A program made the position numbers and the translations under genes. Source: Acidimicrobiia bacterium (GTDB lineage: Bacteria; Actinomycetota; Acidimicrobiia; Spongiisociales; ZC4RG35). From it: a DNA stretch of 36,725 bases. This document shows, piece after piece, positions 33,153 to 36,725 of this stretch. The notes beneath the pieces were generated by a model, which was given only the letters and a program-made list of their open reading frames with translations, made no database searches and had not been told where the DNA came from. The number at the start of each line of letters is the position of its first letter. Position 1 is the first letter of the stretch. The stretch covers positions 1 to 36,725 of the forward strand of contig JBFYOJ010000035.1 of NCBI GenBank assembly GCA_041303885.1, in the 5' to 3' direction.

Positions 33153-34520
33153 TTGCACGACATCGTCATAGTCGGCGGCGGACCGGGCGGCTACGCCTCG
33201 GCTCTCTACGCCAACAATTTCGGCCTGTCTGTCGCCCTGATCGACGACGAGCGCCCGGGCGGCACCTGCCTGATCAGAGGTTGCATACCCGCCAAACAGT
33301 GGCTGCATGTGGCCGAGGTGTTCAAGACGGTGTCCCATGCCGCCGAGTTCGGGGTGATCACCGATCAGCCCAATCTCGATTGGGCGTCGGCGCTCGCACG
33401 CAAGAACCAGACGGTCGAAGGACTGGTGAGGGGTCTGGGCGGCCTGCTCACCAAGAACGGCGTGGAGGTCATCACCGGGTTCGGGCGACTGGCCGGTCCC
33501 TCCAGGGTGGAGGTCGACACAGCCGACGGCATGAGGGCGGTCGAGGGAGGGAAGGTGATCCTTGCCACCGGCTCCTACCCGCGCACGATTCCCGGCTACG
33601 AGTTCGACGGCAAGAAGATCGTGAGCTCCGATCACGCCCTCGACTGGCCGCAACGACCGAATCGTGTCGCCATCATCGGCGGGGGTGTCATCGGGTGCGA
33701 GTTTGCCTCGTTCCTGGTGGACCTCGGGGCCGAGGTCCACGTCTTCGAGGTGATGGACCAGGTCATCCCGGGCTCCGACGCCGACGCCGCCAAGTTCCTG
33801 CAGCGCCAGCTTCAAAAGCGCGGGGTCAAGATCCATCTGGGGGTGGGCGTCGATCCGCCGAGCGTCGGCGAATCTGTCGTGGTCCCCTTCGGGCAGGAGA
33901 ATGTCGAGGTCGACGTGGTCCTCGTCTCGGTGGGACGTGGCCCGAGGACCGAGGGCGTGGGTCTCGAGACCGTCGCTGTCGAGCTCGATCGTGATTTCGT
34001 GAAGGTGGACCTCAACACGATGCAGACCGGACAAGCTGGCCTGTACGCGGTGGGGGATATCGTGGCGGGGACGCCCCAGCTCGCCCATGTCGGGTTCGCA
34101 GAGGGAATCGCGGCCGTGACCCACATCGCGACCGGCGAGTCGCGCCCCGTCAACTACCAGGCGATCCCCAGGATCACCTACGCCCATCCGGAGGTGGCGG
34201 AGGTGGGCTGGACGGAGGCGCAGGCCCTCGAGCGCGGTCTCGAGATCGAGACGGCCAAACACGCATTCAACGCAATCGGACGGGCCATGATCATCGGCGA
34301 CAATCAGGGTTTCGTGAAGGTCGTCTCCGAGAAGAACGGGCCGATTGTCGGGGCAACAGTCGTTGGTCCCCAGGCTGGGGAGATGATCCACGAGCTGATG
34401 TATTCGGTGGGTTGGGAGGCCCTGCCCGACGAAGCCGCCGCCTTCATCCACGCCCATCCAACCCTGTCCGAGGCAGTCGGCGAGACACTCCTGTCCGCTG
34501 CCGGCCGCAGTCTTCACTGA
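33153..34520 (+). CDS. lpd: dihydrolipoyl dehydrogenase (E3)
   Basis: 455 aa. The TTG start follows GAAAGGCAGAGG. Motifs: the FAD motif VIVGGGPGGY, the redox disulfide GGTCLIRGCIPAK, and the C-terminal HAHPTLSE. Confidence 0.95.
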   Translation: MHDIVIVGGGPGGYASALYANNFGLSVALIDDERPGGTCLIRGCIPAKQWLHVAEVFKTVSHAAEFGVITDQPNLDWASALARKNQTVEGLVRGLGGLLTKNGVEVITGFGRLAGPSRVEVDTADGMRAVEGGKVILATGSYPRTIPGYEFDGKKIVSSDHALDWPQRPNRVAIIGGGVIGCEFASFLVDLGAEVHVFEVMDQVIPGSDADAAKFLQRQLQKRGVKIHLGVGVDPPSVGESVVVPFGQENVEVDVVLVSVGRGPRTEGVGLETVAVELDRDFVKVDLNTMQTGQAGLYAVGDIVAGTPQLAHVGFAEGIAAVTHIATGESRPVNYQAIPRITYAHPEVAEVGWTEAQALERGLEIETAKHAFNAIGRAMIIGDNQGFVKVVSEKNGPIVGATVVGPQAGEMIHELMYSVGWEALPDEAAAFIHAHPTLSEAVGETLLSAAGRSLH

Positions 34521-34532
34521 GAGGAGCGAGAT

Positions 34533-35951
34533 TTGGCCACGACGGTATCGATGCCCCAACTTGGAGAGACGGTCACTGAGGGAACCATCCTCCGCTGGGC
34601 GAAGCAGGTCGGCGATGCCATCGCTGAGGACGAGGTCCTGGTCGAGATCTCGACCGACAAGGTCGACACCGAAGTCCCGTCCCCCGCGTCGGGCACAGTG
34701 CTGGAGATCCTCGTGAACGAAGGCGACACGGTCTCGGTGGGGACGCCGATGGTCGTGATCGGCGAGGCGGGGGAGAGTGCGACGCCGACCGCGGCCGCCG
34801 AGCCGTCACCCGTCGAGGCACCCGCGGTGGAGAGCCAGGCCGCTCCTCCAGCCGAGCCGGTGCCGGCACCTGTCACCGCAGGGCCCGGGCAGGCCGTGGT
34901 GGCGCCGGAGCCGGCAGGGGAGAAAGACGAGGCGGTCGAGACGTTCTTCGCAGAGCCCGACGAGACGGAGAAGAAGCCCCACTTGCTCTCGCCTGTGGTC
35001 CGCAAGCTGATTCGCGAGAACGAGATCGACGTATCCCAGTTGAGCGGCACCGGTGAGGGTGGGCGCATCACTCGCAAAGACGTCGAGGCCTTCCTGGAGT
35101 CCGGTCCGCCGGCCGCCGTGCCTGCCCCGGCGCCGCCACCGGCTGCGGTTGTCACTGAGCCTGCACCCGTCACGGGCGAGCCGGCGACGGCACCCGTTAC
35201 CACAGAGCCTGGCACAACACCCGTAGCGCCGGTCGGGGAGGAGGTCGACCTGTCCCGTGTCCGGGTCCGCACCGCCGAGAACATGATCAAGGCAAAGGCA
35301 ACGGCTGCCCATGTCTGGACCTCCGTCGAAGTCGACTACGAGCCTGTGGAGCGAGTGCGCCAGGCACACAAGGAAGAGTTCAAGGCCGCCGAGGGCTTCT
35401 CGCTCACCTATCTGCCATTCATCTCCCGCGCTGTGATCGACGCGTTGAGGGAATACCCGGTCGTCAACAGCTCGTTCAATCTCGAAGAGAAGAAGGCGAC
35501 ATTCCACAAGAAGCTGGATCTGGGCATCGCGGTGGATCTCGACCAGGGTGGCCTCGTGGTGGCCCGCATCAGGAATGCGGACGGCCTTCGCCTCGTCGGG
35601 ATCGCCCGGCAGATCAGAGAGCTCGCCGAAGGTGCCCGGAGCGGGGCCCTCGGGGTGGATGACCTGACCGGCTCGACCTTCACGATCACCAACCCCGGGC
35701 CATTCGGCTCGTTCATGTCGGCGCCGATCATCAACGTCCCCAACGTCGCCATCCTCTCCACGGACACGGTGACCAAGCGCGCCACAGTGATCACGACTCC
35801 GGACGGTCAGGACATGATCGCGATCCGGCACATCGGCTATCTCGGGCTCACCTGGGATCACCGGGCCTTCGATGGCTCGACCGCCGTGCTCTTCTTGCAG
35901 AGGATCAAGCACAACCTGGAGACCTGGGATTGGGAGCAGGAGCTGGCTTGA
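34533..35951 (+). CDS. 2-oxoacid dehydrogenase E2 (dihydrolipoyllysine-residue acyltransferase), single lipoyl domain
   Basis: 472 aa. The TTG start lies 6 nt after GAGGAG. It has a lipoyl-Lys motif (EISTDKVDTEVPSP), Pro/Ala-rich linkers, a subunit-binding domain (SPVVRKLIRENEIDVSQLSGTGEGGRITRKDV) and the catalytic DHRAFDG. PDH versus ODH specificity is not assignable. Confidence 0.95.
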   Translation: MATTVSMPQLGETVTEGTILRWAKQVGDAIAEDEVLVEISTDKVDTEVPSPASGTVLEILVNEGDTVSVGTPMVVIGEAGESATPTAAAEPSPVEAPAVESQAAPPAEPVPAPVTAGPGQAVVAPEPAGEKDEAVETFFAEPDETEKKPHLLSPVVRKLIRENEIDVSQLSGTGEGGRITRKDVEAFLESGPPAAVPAPAPPPAAVVTEPAPVTGEPATAPVTTEPGTTPVAPVGEEVDLSRVRVRTAENMIKAKATAAHVWTSVEVDYEPVERVRQAHKEEFKAAEGFSLTYLPFISRAVIDALREYPVVNSSFNLEEKKATFHKKLDLGIAVDLDQGGLVVARIRNADGLRLVGIARQIRELAEGARSGALGVDDLTGSTFTITNPGPFGSFMSAPIINVPNVAILSTDTVTKRATVITTPDGQDMIAIRHIGYLGLTWDHRAFDGSTAVLFLQRIKHNLETWDWEQELA

Positions 35952-36725
35952 CGCTTCGCACCCGCTGGCTGGGTCGTCTCCCCTACGCCGAGGCCTGGGA
36001 TCTGCAGAGGGCGATCCACGAAGGCAAGGTCGTGGGGCGGACCGAAGACGACTATCTGCTCCTGCTCGAGCACCCGCCGGTGTTCACGATCGGGAGGAAC
36101 GGAGACCTGTCCAACCTCCTCGTGGATCGGGCGTCTCTCGGCGTCGAAGTGCATCATGTCGATCGGGGAGGCGATATCACCTTCCACGGCCCGGGCCAGT
36201 TGGTCGGTTATCCGATCCTCGCACTCGAGGACCCCAGGCAGATCGTGCCTTACGTTCGCCGTTTGGAGGAGACCCTGATCGCCACCCTGGCCGAGTTCGG
36301 CGTCGAGGCATGGGCCGAGCCAGGGTATACCGGGGTCTGGACCGCCAAAGGCAAGGTTGCGGCCATTGGAGTCAGGGTGGCCCGCCGGGTCACCATGCAC
36401 GGGTTCGCCCTCAACCTCCACCCAGACATGGGCTACTTCGGGATGATGAACCCTTGCGGGATCAGTGACCGTGAGGTGACCAGCCTCTCCGACCTGATCG
36501 GGCGCAAGGTGACCATCGCGGAGGCAGTGGAGAGGGTCGTCCCACAATTCGAGCGAGTCTTCGGATATGGGGAGACGGAGACCCAGCTCGCCGCTTTCGC
36601 CCGGGGGCAGGGGGCTCGCTCGAGTTTCGAGGTGGACCGATTGTTGGAAGCAGGGACGTTCAGCCCGGAGAGGCGCTCGAGTGAGCCGATCCTGGTCAAC
36701 GGCCGGCTCCCCGGTGAGCCAGTGC
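35948..36725 (+). CDS. lipB: lipoyl(octanoyl) transferase LipB, 3' end not reached in the window
   Basis: TTG35948 overlaps the E2 stop (TTGA) and follows GGAGCAGGAG. Motifs: LLLEHPPVFTIGRNG, DRGGDITFHGPGQLVGYPI, KVAAIGVRV (catalytic Lys) and NPCGISD (catalytic Cys). The frame stays open for all 259 codons to the window edge. Confidence 0.9.
   Translation, partial: MTLRTRWLGRLPYAEAWDLQRAIHEGKVVGRTEDDYLLLLEHPPVFTIGRNGDLSNLLVDRASLGVEVHHVDRGGDITFHGPGQLVGYPILALEDPRQIVPYVRRLEETLIATLAEFGVEAWAEPGYTGVWTAKGKVAAIGVRVARRVTMHGFALNLHPDMGYFGMMNPCGISDREVTSLSDLIGRKVTIAEAVERVVPQFERVFGYGETETQLAAFARGQGARSSFEVDRLLEAGTFSPERRSSEPILVNGRLPGEPV

Noticed and set aside
34750-35260. Repetitive-looking Pro/Ala/Thr/Glu-rich DNA in the E2 gene, and the poly-Pro tract at 32030-32055
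   Set aside because: These encode the flexible inter-domain linkers of E2 and the linker of the zinc-ribbon protein. They are imperfect low-complexity coding sequence, not a tandem repeat, CRISPR array or mobile-element end.
1-36725. Search for CRISPR arrays, tRNA/rRNA genes, IS elements, integrases, toxin-antitoxin pairs and known defence-system genes
   Set aside because: I recognised none on either strand. Intergenic spacers are short (mostly under 200 bp) and every large ORF has a housekeeping or metabolic assignment. This was an inspection by eye, so small ncRNAs and short dispersed repeats could have been missed.

Overview
High-GC, Actinomycetota-like chromosomal segment, densely coding on both strands (about 40 CDS, many joined by ATGA/GTGA/TTGA stop-start overlaps). 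All family assignments come from reading motifs by eye and from memory; nothing was searched. I recognised no rRNA, tRNA, CRISPR array, transposase, integrase, phage gene or obvious defence system. Content in order: a GNAT fragment; a CBS+BON protein; a two-lobed GNAT; single-chain pyruvate:ferredoxin oxidoreductase (PFOR) translationally coupled to a PyrD-like flavoprotein; OsmC; a DosR/DevR-like response regulator divergent from a single-GAF histidine kinase; a CBS / PNPOx-family / hypothetical operon divergent from a membrane-anchored cupredoxin-multicopper oxidase; a RibD-C-like reductase; a class III aminotransferase; a group 1/2 sigma factor; a glycoside-hydrolase-like protein; sufD-Rieske-sufC'; an M42-like hydrolase; fumC; a compositionally atypical methyltransferase; sufC-sufS-sufU on the opposite strand; a YbaK-like / LLM / TyrA / LLM operon behind a TetR; a FadE5-like acyl-CoA dehydrogenase; three small coupled ORFs of unknown function; an alpha/beta hydrolase; lpd, E2 and lipB. 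The points most worth a second look: (1) a split SUF machinery with two diverged SufC paralogues, no SufB in 36.7 kb, and the same 24-nt AT-rich element in front of both units. (2) A good DosR-box match in the divergent promoter between stress-type genes and an unusual three-cupredoxin oxidase, next to a regulator whose recognition helix looks DosR-identical. (3) PFOR coupled to an uncharacterised DHOD-like protein. (4) A membrane protein / double zinc-ribbon / small acidic protein triad. (5) A lipB frame that stays open well past the normal LipB end. I did not find a clear-cut novel system. Every novelty claim here rests on gene organisation or inference and needs database and comparative checks.
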